From Elsinoe ampelina (lineage: Eukaryota), in NCBI GenBank assembly GCA_010093995.1, contig ML992501.1, positions 2,996,489 to 3,060,488 on the forward strand: 64,000 nucleotides of DNA, in the 5' to 3' direction. Shown here piece after piece: positions 1 through 11,098 of the stretch. Both the position numbers and the translations under genes were made by a program. Numbering within the stretch: position 1 is the stretch's first letter; every line of letters begins with the position of its first letter. The notes beneath the pieces are model-generated. The model did no database searches and was not told the DNA's origin. It saw only the letters and a program-made list of their open reading frames with translations.

Positions 1-1570
1 GCTTTCCTTTATAAAGAGCTATAATATTAATAGTTCTCTAACTCTTAATGCTAAGTAAGGTATTACTATAGAATAGCTTCTTATAAGGTTCTATAATTCT
101 AGTAACCTTATATCTATCCTTTATAGTGTAATTATAGATATAATTAGTTACTCTAGAATCTAGTATCTATAAGCTTAAGATGTTACTAGTAGCTAAAATA
201 AATACTAAGTGTAATCTAATAGTTATAGCTATATTAATTAGCACTAGTAGGGTTAACCCCTTCTAATATTATACTTCCTTAGTAAGGATAGCATTAATTC
301 TCTCTTTAAGAGTCTTGTTATTTAGCCTCTATCTAACCTCCTTTATAGTCTACTAGTTTAGTGTCTATCTATCTAGCCTTATATACTTATTTAAGTAATA
401 GTACTTGCTCTACTTATGCTAGCCTTAATATATACATTTAGGCTCCCTAATAGGACTAGGTTTCTTATAAAGAACATTCTTAGTAGCTATAGAGAAGGCC
501 GTAGCTCCCTTGCTAGTCTTTATGTTATTATATAGCTTATAAAGTTTATAGAACTATCTAAATTTAGTAATTAGTTTAAGCATAGTTAGTAGAGTTAGTA
601 AATCTAGATTAATAAGGTACTTATTAGTAAATNNNNNNNNNNNNNNNNNNNNNNNNNNNNNNNNNNNNNNNNNNNNNNNNNNNNNNNNNNNNNNNNNNNN
701 NNNNNNNNNNNNNNNNNNNNNNNNNNNNNNNNNNNNNNNNNNNNNNNNNNNNNNNNNNNNNNNNNNNNNNNNNNNNNNNNNNNNNNNNNNNNNNNNNNNN
801 NNNNNNNNNNNNNNNNNNNNNNNNNNNNNNNNNNNNNNNNNNNNNNNNNNNNNNNNNNNNNNNNNNNNNNNNNNNNNNNNNNNNNNNNNNNNNNNNNNNN
901 NNNNNNNNNNNNNNNNNNNNNNNNNNNNNNNNNNNNNNNNNNNNNNNNNNNNNNNNNNNNNNNNNNNNNNNNNNNNNNNNNNNNNNNNNNNNNNNNNNNN
1001 NNNNNNNNNNNNNNNNNNNNNNNNNNNNNNNNNNNNNNNNNNNNNNNNNNNNNNNNNNNNNNNNNNNNNNNNNNNNNNNNNNNNNNNNNNNNNNNNNNNN
1101 NNNNNNNNNNNNNNNNNNNNNNNNNNNNNNNNNNNNNNNNNNNNNNNNNNNNNNNNNNNNNNNNNNNNNNNNTAATATATAGCTAGCTAGCCTATTTAGC
1201 TAATGTAGTAAGAATAATAGGTGTTCTAGCTATTAAGGTGTTAGTATCTATAGTTGTTTATCCCTTTGTTAACACCTAAATCCTGTAGTTGTAATTAAGG
1301 CAGTTCTTAACAGATTCTAATACTTAAAAAGCAAGATAATAGAGAATTAACTAATGAATAGAGTAGCTAAGTAACTAAGTAATATACTTGTGTAGGGGTA
1401 GTTATACCGGGCTTATAACTATTAACTTGTGTAGGGGAGGAAAAAGGATTAATTACTACCTAATCTACTAAACTAAGGTGGATTATAACTATATAAATAC
1501 TTAACCTAGTATACTAAAAGATAGCTAAATCAAAAGAACTCCTTAATAGCAACAGATTAAGACAATAACC
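1..1570 (-). mobile_element. RIP-degraded Ty1/copia LTR retrotransposon (gag-protease region, PBS, probable 5' LTR), interrupted by an assembly gap
   Basis: Very AT-rich, TpA-rich and CpA/TpG-poor. On the minus strand, reversing RIP transitions at 169-131 gives WILDSGATNHICN (copia aspartic protease). The same frame at ~442-362 gives PKCICxGxHKWSKCYYLN..RPDGW (gag Zn-knuckle-like). Minus 1420-1409 reads AGTTATAAGCCC, a RIPed form of the GGTTATGAGCCC copia-type PBS. The right boundary is approximate. Confidence 0.8.
633..1172. other. Assembly gap (540 N)
   Basis: Run of N. Confidence 1.
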
Positions 1571-1954
1571 ATCTAATTTAATCATGAATTGGTGGAGTAG
1601 TAGATAAGTGTTCAGTTCCACCAGGGGATAAACTGAATCAGGGTCCTTCTTGGCGCTCCAGCTTATACCTCGGTTGACAGGAAAGCTGCAAGCTTCCGTC
1701 GCAAGCTCGTGCCAATCCCGCGACACATCTCGATATCAAATCGCCATAATGATAACATCGACGCATTCCTTTCACGCTGCTTCATTGTTCTGCTTCCTGC
1801 TCGCCTGATACCCCTTTACGCGTTGTGCTTCCACCACCACGAACTGAGGCGCCAGCATCACAGCCTGGCATTCTTTTTCCGTTCCAAGCATCCCCCAACC
1901 TGAGCTTCCCCCCTCGCACACCGCGCCCCGCCCTCCCCAGCCAGACCGCACACC

Positions 1955-2964
1955 ATGGCCCTCAAACGCCGCCAAATCGCCATCATCCTCAGCGTAGCCG
2001 TACCTCTCCCCCTCCCTCGTCCCTGTTCCCCCCCACTAACCTCCCCAGTGGCTCGGCCTCCTCACCATCCTCGCCGCCTACGCCCTGCACTCGACCAACA
2101 CCCACTCCCTCCCCATCCCCAACGCCCTCTCGGCCCTCACACTCGCCCTGCCCCCCATCGCCGGCATAACCATCGAAACCACAAACGCCCTCACCACAGC
2201 CCTCGCCTCCTCGCCGAAACACCGCCGCAGCGAAGCCACCAGCACCATCCCCCCGATCCTGCTCCCGAGCACCCTCACCGTCGCGCTACTCCTCACCTAC
2301 GAGACCGTGATAGCGACGCTGGCGGGGACGCGCATCACGCCCATCGATGGTTTGGGGTGTAATCTGCAGGAGAAGTGGACCGACATGTGGCGGGGCAAGG
2401 AGGAGGGGGTGAGGCGGATCCAGGACGCGTTTCGGTGCTGCGGGTTCAGGACGGGGAGGGATATGGCGTGGCCTTTCCCTGACGCTCAGCATGGGGCGGA
2501 TGCATGTGTGGTGAGGTATGGCGCCGAGAGGGCCAGCGGGTGTTTGGAGGGGTGGAGAGGGGAGGAGAGGAAGGTGGCGGGGATGATGCTGTTCGTAGCG
2601 CTTGGGGTGTTTGTTTGGATGGTGAGTGGCCCTTCGATCCCAGCTCTGCATGCGGTGGAGAAGCTGACGTGACCAGGTCGCGGTGGTGGCTGTCCCAGTA
2701 GCCCAACCCAAACCTCTGCGGAATATCCTCCAGATTGCCCCGCCCAACGGCGGCGAGGCGGACGACGCACACCAGCGCGCGTTGGACTACGACAGATATC
2801 GCGACGACACGGACGACGCGGACGACAGTGGGGACGAGACTAGTATCAGGCGCGAGGTGACGAATTTGAACAGCCAGTCGAATCTCGCTAGTCTGGTCGA
2901 GGGGAACAGGTCCCGCCACTCGGTGTACATCAACGACCAGGATAGATGGAGGAGGGACTCATAG
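1955..2964 (+). CDS. Fungal tetraspanin-like membrane protein (Tsp3-like); introns 2000-2048 and 2622-2676
   Basis: The spliced frame gives 4 hydrophobic segments and a large loop with IQDAFRCCG...C...C (tetraspanin CCG motif). Both introns are canonical GT..CTRAC..AG. Confidence 0.75.
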
Positions 2965-3137
2965 CACCTCCGGAACATTCAGGGTGGGAGAGTGTCAGAC
3001 AGAGCACATGAAGAGATGACAGCATCGCAAGCGGCAGGGTCGAGGTGCGATTTCTTTTCATTATATCCAACAGAGCAATTTCCTTCCACCCAGGGATAAT
3101 AGTACCAGTACATAGCTCAGATCCGGGGGTATCAACG

Positions 3138-5153
3138 TCAAGTTTCCTTGTCCTTTGAGCCATCAGCCATTCTCCTCCGGCCTGCATCAGACATCTTCAC
3201 ACTCCGCATGCTCCTCCGTTGCCGTGCGCCAGGGGCTACCTTCTTCTTCACTTTCTGCGCGAGCAGCCATGCTCCCATTGGCCGACGGACAGCGACGTGC
3301 TTGCCCTCGGGACTGAAGACTTCCACGGTGGGCCATATGCTCCTTTTCGCGACGCGTTCCTCTGTGCCACCCATCGTGGTATCCGCAAACGGATTCTCTT
3401 CATCCTCTTCCCTGTGCCCCTGCTTCCTGCCGTAGAAAGCCTCCTCCCTCCTGGCGAGGTCAAAGTCACGCCTCCTTCGCTGCGCCACGAGCTCGATCCA
3501 CCCCACTCCTTCGATGACTACGTCTGCGCTCCAGACTACGAAAGGGAGACGCTCGGCTTTGAGGCCGACTGCGTCTTTGCGAGTCAGTGGTCCTGCGCGA
3601 GCTTTTGTCACGTCCCACTTGAGCTCCATTTTTCCGGCAGATTTGATCGAGCTTTTGGACTCGGGTGCAAGAGCAGAGGGAATGTCTATTTCCCTTTCTC
3701 CTTTTCTCAACTCCTCGGCTTTGTTTGTGCTGGTTAGATGAGTGTCCAGAGGAACAAAAGGATAAGCGAGGAGTACATCCTTCTCCGACGGGTTGGTGAT
3801 GCATATTAGACCGCCGCCTATCAGCAAGGACTGACCGGGTTTGACAACTACTTGTTCTGGCGAGAGGCGGGAGGACATGATTAGCTGAGAACGCTGAGAA
3901 GGAACGACGTAGTTTTCGAGTGTCGAACGAGCAATGCCAGGGAGATCGATGAGTTCGCCTTTGCCGGCGCCAAAGGGGACACGGATTGGAGAAGCTGTGG
4001 TACCGGGGAGAGCAGACGAAATAGGCATGCTCGGGAATGCACGTTCAGGCTGGGGCGGAGGGAGAAGGTCGGACTCTTCGGAGATGATGATCTCGTCTGG
4101 ATCATCGACATCACTAGGGGTAATAGTTGTACCAGCGGAAAGTGCGTCGAGGCGTTGCGCTTGCTCGAGGGCGTATAATCCTTGATCAGAGGGTGAAGGA
4201 CTGTGGCTGTGCGCTGCGCCTCTTCCCTTGGGAAAGACCACCTCAAAGAGAGACGACTTGCCGACATTCACTTTGCCCACCATCCATCCTGCGCCTCCTC
4301 GCGACCAGATCTCTTCCTTCACTGCCCTGGTCCACCATCCTCGTTTTGCGCTGACGCACTTGACGTTCCCCAGTCTCACATTCTTGCCTGTATTCCCTAA
4401 CGCATCTCGAAGAAGCTCCCTCAAGTATGGCAGCAAAGTGTCAACTTGCTCTTTCTTTGGTGCTAGAAGATCCGCTCGAGTTATGATGAAGCATACCTCG
4501 GCGACTCTTCCTCGGGCATGCGATATGTGCTTCGAACGTCGATTCTGTGTACGCAATCTGGGTAGACGAAGATCTTGTTGCAAAGAAGGTATGAGTGACA
4601 TTGGCAAATCTGCGGCGTCAAGTACATGGTAGATAGTGTTGTGCTTGTGCGGTGAAGCTGAGATGATCTGGTTGATTGAGGTGATGCTAGGGTGGAAGAT
4701 CGGATTGCCGATGGAGTGGTGTAAGAGGTTGTGACAACGATCACATATGGGTACCGTGTCAGTATCTTCGACTGTCGCATGAGTCTTGTCATGTATGTAT
4801 TTGCGCAGCCCCTGCCGAGTCAATGTGTAAAAACCGGCGTCTTCTGGAGATGCTATCTGACTGGGTGCACCGCATCCTGGGCAATGCAAAGGCAGTGCTT
4901 GCACCTTGGCCAGCTGAAGTGAGCTGGAGAGCTCGACAGATTCGACAGGACGGATAGCAGTTGGCTCGACTGTGTTGCGGTATCTGCTGGTACCTGAAAA
5001 GGTTCTGCATTGTTGGTGAATGTGCGGCGTCCGCAACGATGCTGGTATGCGCGCCCTATAGAGAGGTATTACATGCTGGCGACTAGCTCGACTTGAGGTA
5101 ATACCCAAGCCTATGCAAAGTCTCTTGCTGGCGCGAACAGCAGAAGACTTCAT
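3138..5153 (-). CDS. GEP3: Mitochondrial ribosome-assembly GTPase Gep3/Mtg3 (YqeH-like circularly permuted GTPase)
   Basis: Basic mitochondrial presequence, CPGC..CDRC Zn finger, and permuted G motifs TRADL, GKVNVGKSS, PGTT, DLPG. Confidence 0.9.
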   Translation of the reverse strand: MKSSAVRASKRLCIGLGITSSRASRQHVIPLYRARIPASLRTPHIHQQCRTFSGTSRYRNTVEPTAIRPVESVELSSSLQLAKVQALPLHCPGCGAPSQIASPEDAGFYTLTRQGLRKYIHDKTHATVEDTDTVPICDRCHNLLHHSIGNPIFHPSITSINQIISASPHKHNTIYHVLDAADLPMSLIPSLQQDLRLPRLRTQNRRSKHISHARGRVAEVCFIITRADLLAPKKEQVDTLLPYLRELLRDALGNTGKNVRLGNVKCVSAKRGWWTRAVKEEIWSRGGAGWMVGKVNVGKSSLFEVVFPKGRGAAHSHSPSPSDQGLYALEQAQRLDALSAGTTITPSDVDDPDEIIISEESDLLPPPQPERAFPSMPISSALPGTTASPIRVPFGAGKGELIDLPGIARSTLENYVVPSQRSQLIMSSRLSPEQVVVKPGQSLLIGGGLICITNPSEKDVLLAYPFVPLDTHLTSTNKAEELRKGEREIDIPSALAPESKSSIKSAGKMELKWDVTKARAGPLTRKDAVGLKAERLPFVVWSADVVIEGVGWIELVAQRRRRDFDLARREEAFYGRKQGHREEDEENPFADTTMGGTEERVAKRSIWPTVEVFSPEGKHVAVRRPMGAWLLAQKVKKKVAPGARQRRSMRSVKMSDAGRRRMADGSKDKET

Positions 5154-5349
5154 GTGTTGAAGTCAAAGTGCAAAGCATGGAGCTCCGAAAAGGGAAATCG
5201 GAAAGCCGAGCAAAGAATGTTCGGGAGGCCCTGACAGACGTCATGTTCGAGATGGACCCTGCATAGGGCCTTGAACATCTACGCTTCCATCTCCTCATTC
5301 TTCTCGATCATCGATATATCTTGCTTCGAGAAAAACCATTCAATACAAC

Positions 5350-5844
5350 ATGTCATTCATCCGCGTGCCCCGGCTCCTGAGTCTTCGCGGTTCCACATTA
5401 TCACGACGTACTTTCTCCTCATCTGTACAAAGACGACTAGGATTTGCTCCTGGACCAGCGCCACCAAGATTACCAAAGGAGGAACAGGAGCTTTTCGAAA
5501 AACTACAGCAGCAATCTATGGGAGCATTCAGTCAGCTCCGAGAACCGGATACGACCACAGCAGAGACGTCTCCGGCGGATGTCGAGACAACTGCACCTCG
5601 ACGATCGCCAATACGAGTGAACCAGCCAGGCGAAGCACAAACAAGCGACGCAACGCCATCAGTACGGCTTGACGCAGAAGGCGACGGCGAAGAGCTACAT
5701 CCAAACATCAGACGCGGCGCGCCACCAGAGTTCAAGGGCGAGAAGAATCCTAAAACTGGAGAGGTTGGAGGACCAAAGAATGAACCGCTGAGATGGGGTC
5801 ATGGTGGCGACTGGAGTTACAATGGTAGGGTGACGGATTTTTAG
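5350..5844 (+). CDS. SDH8: Succinate dehydrogenase assembly factor 4 (DUF1674)
   Basis: Mitochondrial presequence, PPRLPKEEQELFE, and C-terminal NPKTGEVGGPKNEPLRWG..GDWSYNGRVTDF. Confidence 0.92.
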   Translation: MSFIRVPRLLSLRGSTLSRRTFSSSVQRRLGFAPGPAPPRLPKEEQELFEKLQQQSMGAFSQLREPDTTTAETSPADVETTAPRRSPIRVNQPGEAQTSDATPSVRLDAEGDGEELHPNIRRGAPPEFKGEKNPKTGEVGGPKNEPLRWGHGGDWSYNGRVTDF

Positions 5845-6526
5845 CGGTCTCACTTGCAGAAGAGAGTCTGGTAGGATATCGATGTGCTTGGTTGCATTAA
5901 ATCAGCGCGTACAGCAATTTTGACAATTTCTCCAATGCGACTTTGCCGCATCTCCGCATGATCCCGAGGTGGCGGTATAAGCGAAGTTGCTGCTCGGCGC
6001 CAATCTCTTGACATGATGCAATGTGCGGGGACAGGAATGAGCGTCATTTGCATGAGCACGCCGGACCAGGATAGCAAGGAGAAATATTCGGTCAACGAGT
6101 CTGCTGGTAGTTATGTATCTCGAGTTGAGCACTATCAGGTACTGATGACCGTCATACGTTAAAAATTCCGAATGGTGAACTTTGTTTTTTGGTCCCTGAA
6201 TGTCGCATCTGCGAGCCGGTATGCCGGGCGCCTCTGACCAATCAAAGAGCGTTGATCACGACGGCGGAACGTTTACAGATTGGGGAAGCTACGAATCTGC
6301 GAAATTTGTCGTACGATTGACCGACCGGAGCAATATCATTGACGGTGGTGTTGTCTTCCGAGTTTCTTCCCACTACCCCTCTTGACCATACGGTCGTGTC
6401 GCGTTCCTCCCTCCGCCTCTCCGTCATATCTGGACTTCTCCTGCAATCTCGGAGTGCACCAGGCCAGGTCGCATCTCTCGGAGCATTTTTTTGGTGGGCG
6501 GGACTTGCTCGTGCTACACCGACGCC

Positions 6527-8326
6527 ATGTCGACCCTGAACTCATCCTTCGCATCGCCGCTGGCAGACGCCGCTTTCGCAAAAATCACAATACCCACAGA
6601 AGGCGTCTTGAACCGCATAACAAACAGCTTCTCGCCATGGACCGCTCTTCTCACAGTGCTCATGCTCTGCGTGGGCTACGATCAGAGTAGGACTCCTTGC
6701 ACGCGATCAACCGGCGCATCATGACTGACTCCTGATAGTCAGCTACCAGCTCCAGAAAGGCTCTATTGTGGGACCTCTATTCAAGGAGCCATTCATCGGT
6801 CCTTTCCTCGAGTCCGTGTATCCGAAATTTGAGAAATACCATGCCAAATGGATGAGTGGAGAGCTCAGTTGTGTCTCTGTCTTCCACAAGTACGTCGAAA
6901 TTGATGCTTGGAGGAGAGGAATACTTACGCGTGCAGGTTTGTGATTATCGCCTCCACCCGAGACATGGCTCGCAAAGTCCTCAATTCCCCATCATACGTC
7001 AAACCCTGTGTTGTAGATGTCGCTCAAAAGCTTCTGCGACCGGAAAATTGGGTCTTCCTGGATGGCAAGGCCCATGTCGATTATCGAAAGGGCTTGAATG
7101 GTCTCTTCACCCGACAGGCTCTGGAGCTCTACCTACCAGGTCAAGAAGAAGTCTACGACAAGTATCTCGACAGATACCTCAAGATCTCGCAAGATAAGAT
7201 GCAAGGAAAGCCTACAGAGTTTATGGTCGAGTTTCGTGAGCTCATGTGCGCCGTGAGCTGCAGGACATTCGTTGGACACTACATGAGTGACGAGACCGTC
7301 AAGAGGATTGCGGATGACTATTACATGATCACTGCTGCTCTAGAATTGGTCAACTTCCCAATCATCATCCCGTTCACAAAGACCTGGTACGGCAAGAAAT
7401 CCGCGGATGCAGTGCTCCACGAGTTCGCCAAATGCGCGGCCAAGTCCAAAGTCAGGATCGCAGCAGGTGGCGAGCCCAATTGCATTATGGACAGGTGGGT
7501 CAAGCAAATGTTCGACTCCGAGAAGTACAGGGAGAGAATTGCCAAGGGCGAAAAGGTGGACGATTCGGAAAAGCCGTCCCAACTTCTACGCATCTTCACC
7601 GACTGGGAGATCTCCATGACTTTGATGACCTTCCTCTTCGCGTCCCAGGATGCAACCAGCTCGGCTTGCACCTGGCTCTTCCAGCTCATGGCCGACCGTC
7701 CGGAGTGGCTCGACAAGGTCCGTGAGGAGAACCTGAACCTCCGCGGTGGCGACAGGAATGCGAAGCTCACTCTGGACATGCTCGAGAACATGACAACTAC
7801 TCGTGCGGTCGTCAAGGAGGTGCTCCGCTACAGGCCGCCCGTGTTGATGATTCCGTACCTGGTCAAGAAGGATTTCCCAGTGTCCGAGACCTATACTGCG
7901 AAGAAGGGTAAGCCGACCGTACTTTCTTGGTAGACGTGCAACTGACCGACTCAGGCTCCATGATTATCCCCACCACATATCCAGCATTGCACGACCCAGA
8001 AGCATACCCGAACCCAGATTACTTCGACCCTGAGCGCTGGTTATCCGGCACAGCAGAGCAGCAGAACAAGAACTGGCTCGTGTTTGGTATGTTACAACAC
8101 CGTTGTTCTGCTTGGATCAAGAGCTGACAAAGCCTCCCAAGGCACCGGCCCGCATTACTGCATCGGCCAAACCTACGCCATCCATAACCTCATGGCGCTC
8201 ATCGGAAAAGCCAGTCTCCACCTCGACTGGTCCCACGACGTCACTCCGCTCTCAGAACAGATCAAGGTCTTCGCCACCATCTTCCCTGAAGATGACTGCA
8301 GGTTGACATTTTCACAACGTGCATGA
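6527..8326 (+). CDS. ERG5: Cytochrome P450 CYP61, sterol C-22 desaturase; introns ~6687-6738, ~6890-6936, ~7908-7954, ~8087-8141
   Basis: [12 protein letters not shown]-helix, KEVLRYRPP (ExxR), PERW, spliced [10 protein letters not shown] heme motif, and C-terminal [13 protein letters not shown] typical of Erg5. Confidence 0.95.
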
Positions 8327-8572
8327 AGGGGAGGAGAATGAGGAGGAGGAGTGGTTTTCTTTCTCATAGCGAGTACTATACGATGCGTGTCGTCTCTTCG
8401 CGTCTCTAAATCGGCCGGAAGTGCTCCTCGCCGAAACGACGACATAGTGGAATGGCCGGGACACTGTCGTCCTAGCATAGCAGCCTTGATCCTTAATAGA
8501 CTAATGACCGACCACTTACTTGCCCGTCTTGTGCTACACTGTTCACGCCGCATTGCGTACCTTTGAACGACC

Positions 8573-9790
8573 TCATGCACTCCCCTTCCTGGTCAGATCC
8601 TCCACGTACCGCTTCAACTCGTCCGCTCCCCTGTCACTCGTGCTATTCTCGACCAGCCGCCACAACTTCTTCGTATCCCCTTTCTTCAACGCCTCTGCGT
8701 TCTCCTCCACCAACTCCCTCAACTTGGGGCGTCGGTCCAGGTAAGGCTTGGCCCACTTGAGCATATCGTCAAACCCGCCAGATGCCGCTTGCCCCGCCTG
8801 CTGGACCGTCTGCTCGACGTATTTCTTCAACTCGTCGAAATCACCGGAGTCGATGCCTGATTTGACCTTCTGGAAGAGCTGGGACACGTCGCCTTTCTTG
8901 AGAGCTTCGGCGTTGGACTCCACGAGTTCTTTGAGTTTGGGGTTTTTCTCGAGGTAAGGGCTGATTTGCTTGAGGCCGGTCTGCCAGGCTTGGTCGGAGT
9001 ACTTTTGCAACTCCTGCGTTTGGTTCTCGATGATCTTTTTGACTTTACTGATGGAGGTGGAGTTGATGCCGCCTGAGAGGGTGGTGGTGATTTCGGACCA
9101 GACTTTATCGAGTTTCTCCTTGGCTTCGGGGCCAAGGGACTCGGACATGGATTTGAGCTGGTCGATGGAGCCGCCGAGGGAGTCTTTGAGTTGCGGGTGG
9201 TTGTCGATGATGCTGCCTAGGGCGTTGGTGCTGACGCCGGCGATTTTCTTTAGGGATTCTTGGAGGACACCGAGGGCGGAGGAGGCGGCGGCGATGCTGA
9301 GGCCGTCCTTGGAGACTTCTTTGGAGATGTCTTGGAGCTTTTCGTAGCCTTCCTTGACGATCTCTTCGAGCTTGTCGCTGTGCTGCTCGCGGACGGTGTC
9401 GATGTCCTTAAAAACTGTGTCGACATAGCCGCGGCCGCCTGGTAGGAATGCGGCGTAGCTATAGGCTGTTCTACGAAGGTACTCGATTGCCTCGTTGGCA
9501 TCGGGAGTTGACTTCTGGAACTCGGTTGTGGCGGTCTTGTAGTAATCTTGGGCGGTTTTGGCGGATTTGTTTAGTTGGGCGTGCAGTCTTCCGGGGCCGG
9601 AGAAGCGGTACAGGGTGTAGCCACCTAGAAGGACCATTGTACCGCCAGCTAGACCGGCGAGCAAGTGACTTGTGTGATGCCCAGCATCTCTAGAGCTCGA
9701 CTGAAATCGTGGACCTGAGCGGTGACCCAATGGACGGCGGGGGATAACAGCACGACGCGCAGCGAGGCGCAGAGGTGTTGCGGCCGACAT
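8573..9790 (-). CDS. Mitochondrially targeted apolipoprotein/apolipophorin-like helical protein with one TM anchor
   Basis: 405 aa ORF with an Arg-rich presequence, hydrophobic LLAGLAGGTMVLLGGY, amphipathic helical body and internal repeats. Confidence 0.7.
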   Translation of the reverse strand: MSAATPLRLAARRAVIPRRPLGHRSGPRFQSSSRDAGHHTSHLLAGLAGGTMVLLGGYTLYRFSGPGRLHAQLNKSAKTAQDYYKTATTEFQKSTPDANEAIEYLRRTAYSYAAFLPGGRGYVDTVFKDIDTVREQHSDKLEEIVKEGYEKLQDISKEVSKDGLSIAAASSALGVLQESLKKIAGVSTNALGSIIDNHPQLKDSLGGSIDQLKSMSESLGPEAKEKLDKVWSEITTTLSGGINSTSISKVKKIIENQTQELQKYSDQAWQTGLKQISPYLEKNPKLKELVESNAEALKKGDVSQLFQKVKSGIDSGDFDELKKYVEQTVQQAGQAASGGFDDMLKWAKPYLDRRPKLRELVEENAEALKKGDTKKLWRLVENSTSDRGADELKRYVEDLTRKGSA

Positions 9791-10999
9791 TTCTGTTGTG
9801 GTATTGGACGACTAGGATAGAATTGATAAAGTAAAGAGCTCAAATACGCAGCGCACAGCAGGTAGGTCGAGCTTTGAGACTTGACATTCCTGGTCACAAA
9901 ACGGCTGCAGTGACACAGCATGACGTCCGCCAGCGTCAAGCTCGAGGAAGGAACGTTCATGATGGATTTCGATGCGGACTATTGCGTTCGCATGCAGGGA
10001 GACGTCTGTTTGCGAGCTTCCTGTGCCGGGGTGTCGTTGTCTTTGTCGAAGTGATTCATGTATTCCAAGATGCAAGTATCTTGCACACCCCAAGTTAAAC
10101 ATAAGGTATGCAGACCTCACCTAGACACCGGTCCTCTTCACAAGCTTGTGGAATTCCAGCTTCGACACCAATTCCGTTTCTACGGAGGCATAGACTAACT
10201 TACCACGACGTATTGCTGCATCCTTTCGGAGATGTTGCTTGCAGAAGATCCGCTTTGAGCGACGAAGAGGCGTCAGCAAGACGAAAACCTGACAGCCAAC
10301 CACTTTTGCGCCCTGCCACCGAGGCCTGAGCCTTCTCCACTTCGGCCCTTTGCCCGTTCCTGCATCCGCACCTCACATGTCCTGTTGACGACAAGAGCCG
10401 CCTCTCTTCAAGCGACCGAGCATCGCCCAAGTGCCATGATGATCAACCTGACGATCGGCTCTGACAGCGGGATGCACTGCATGCGAGATACACGCCAGCA
10501 CGTGATCTTGAGCGAGTTGGTCTAGCTTCTTGGCCACCAGACTTGCATTAAGCCGCGAATCAGCGGACATCTCACTGCCTCTGTCCAACTTGCTGGTATA
10601 ACTACCAGCCAGCGGGTCGTCAGACTAGGAGGTCCCTGCAGCTCTCGGTCTCTACGATAAGAAGGTGACGCGACAATCAAGGTACACTCAGCCTCCGCCG
10701 TCGGTCAAGAAGATGACGCCGAGCGTATAAGAACATGCCAAGGTGCCAATTCCTGACCAGGAACGCTGCGGACACTCACGCTAAGCTTTTACTCTCTTGC
10801 TTCCTTCCTCATTCAAAGAAAACTCTCGTAGTGTTCCGATAGCTCGGCGGACCTGGTTTGACTGCTTTGCGGTAAGATGGCCATATCGCCTTGGTCTGCG
10901 CAGTATGCCTAGAGATACTACCATGCCATTCCAGCCGCCACAGCGGGGTCAGTGGAAATACTCTTCTGGAAGAATGGAAGATCACGGTACGACTTGTGG

Positions 11000-11006
11000 T
11001 ATAAAT
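11000..11006 (+). promoter_or_regulatory. TATA box candidate
   Basis: TATAAAT about 100 nt upstream of the ATG at 11099. Confidence 0.45.
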
Positions 11007-11098
11007 GCAAGGTAAATCTCTCAAAATGCCTCTCTCACGCTACCAATCCTAGCTTGTTTCACCTCCTCCTATTCTCTTCCATCAGATTGGCTCCAACA

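Noticed and set aside
6308..6317. GTCGTACGAT, a possible sterol-regulatory element upstream of ERG5
   Set aside because: Single imperfect match that cannot be separated from chance without conservation data.
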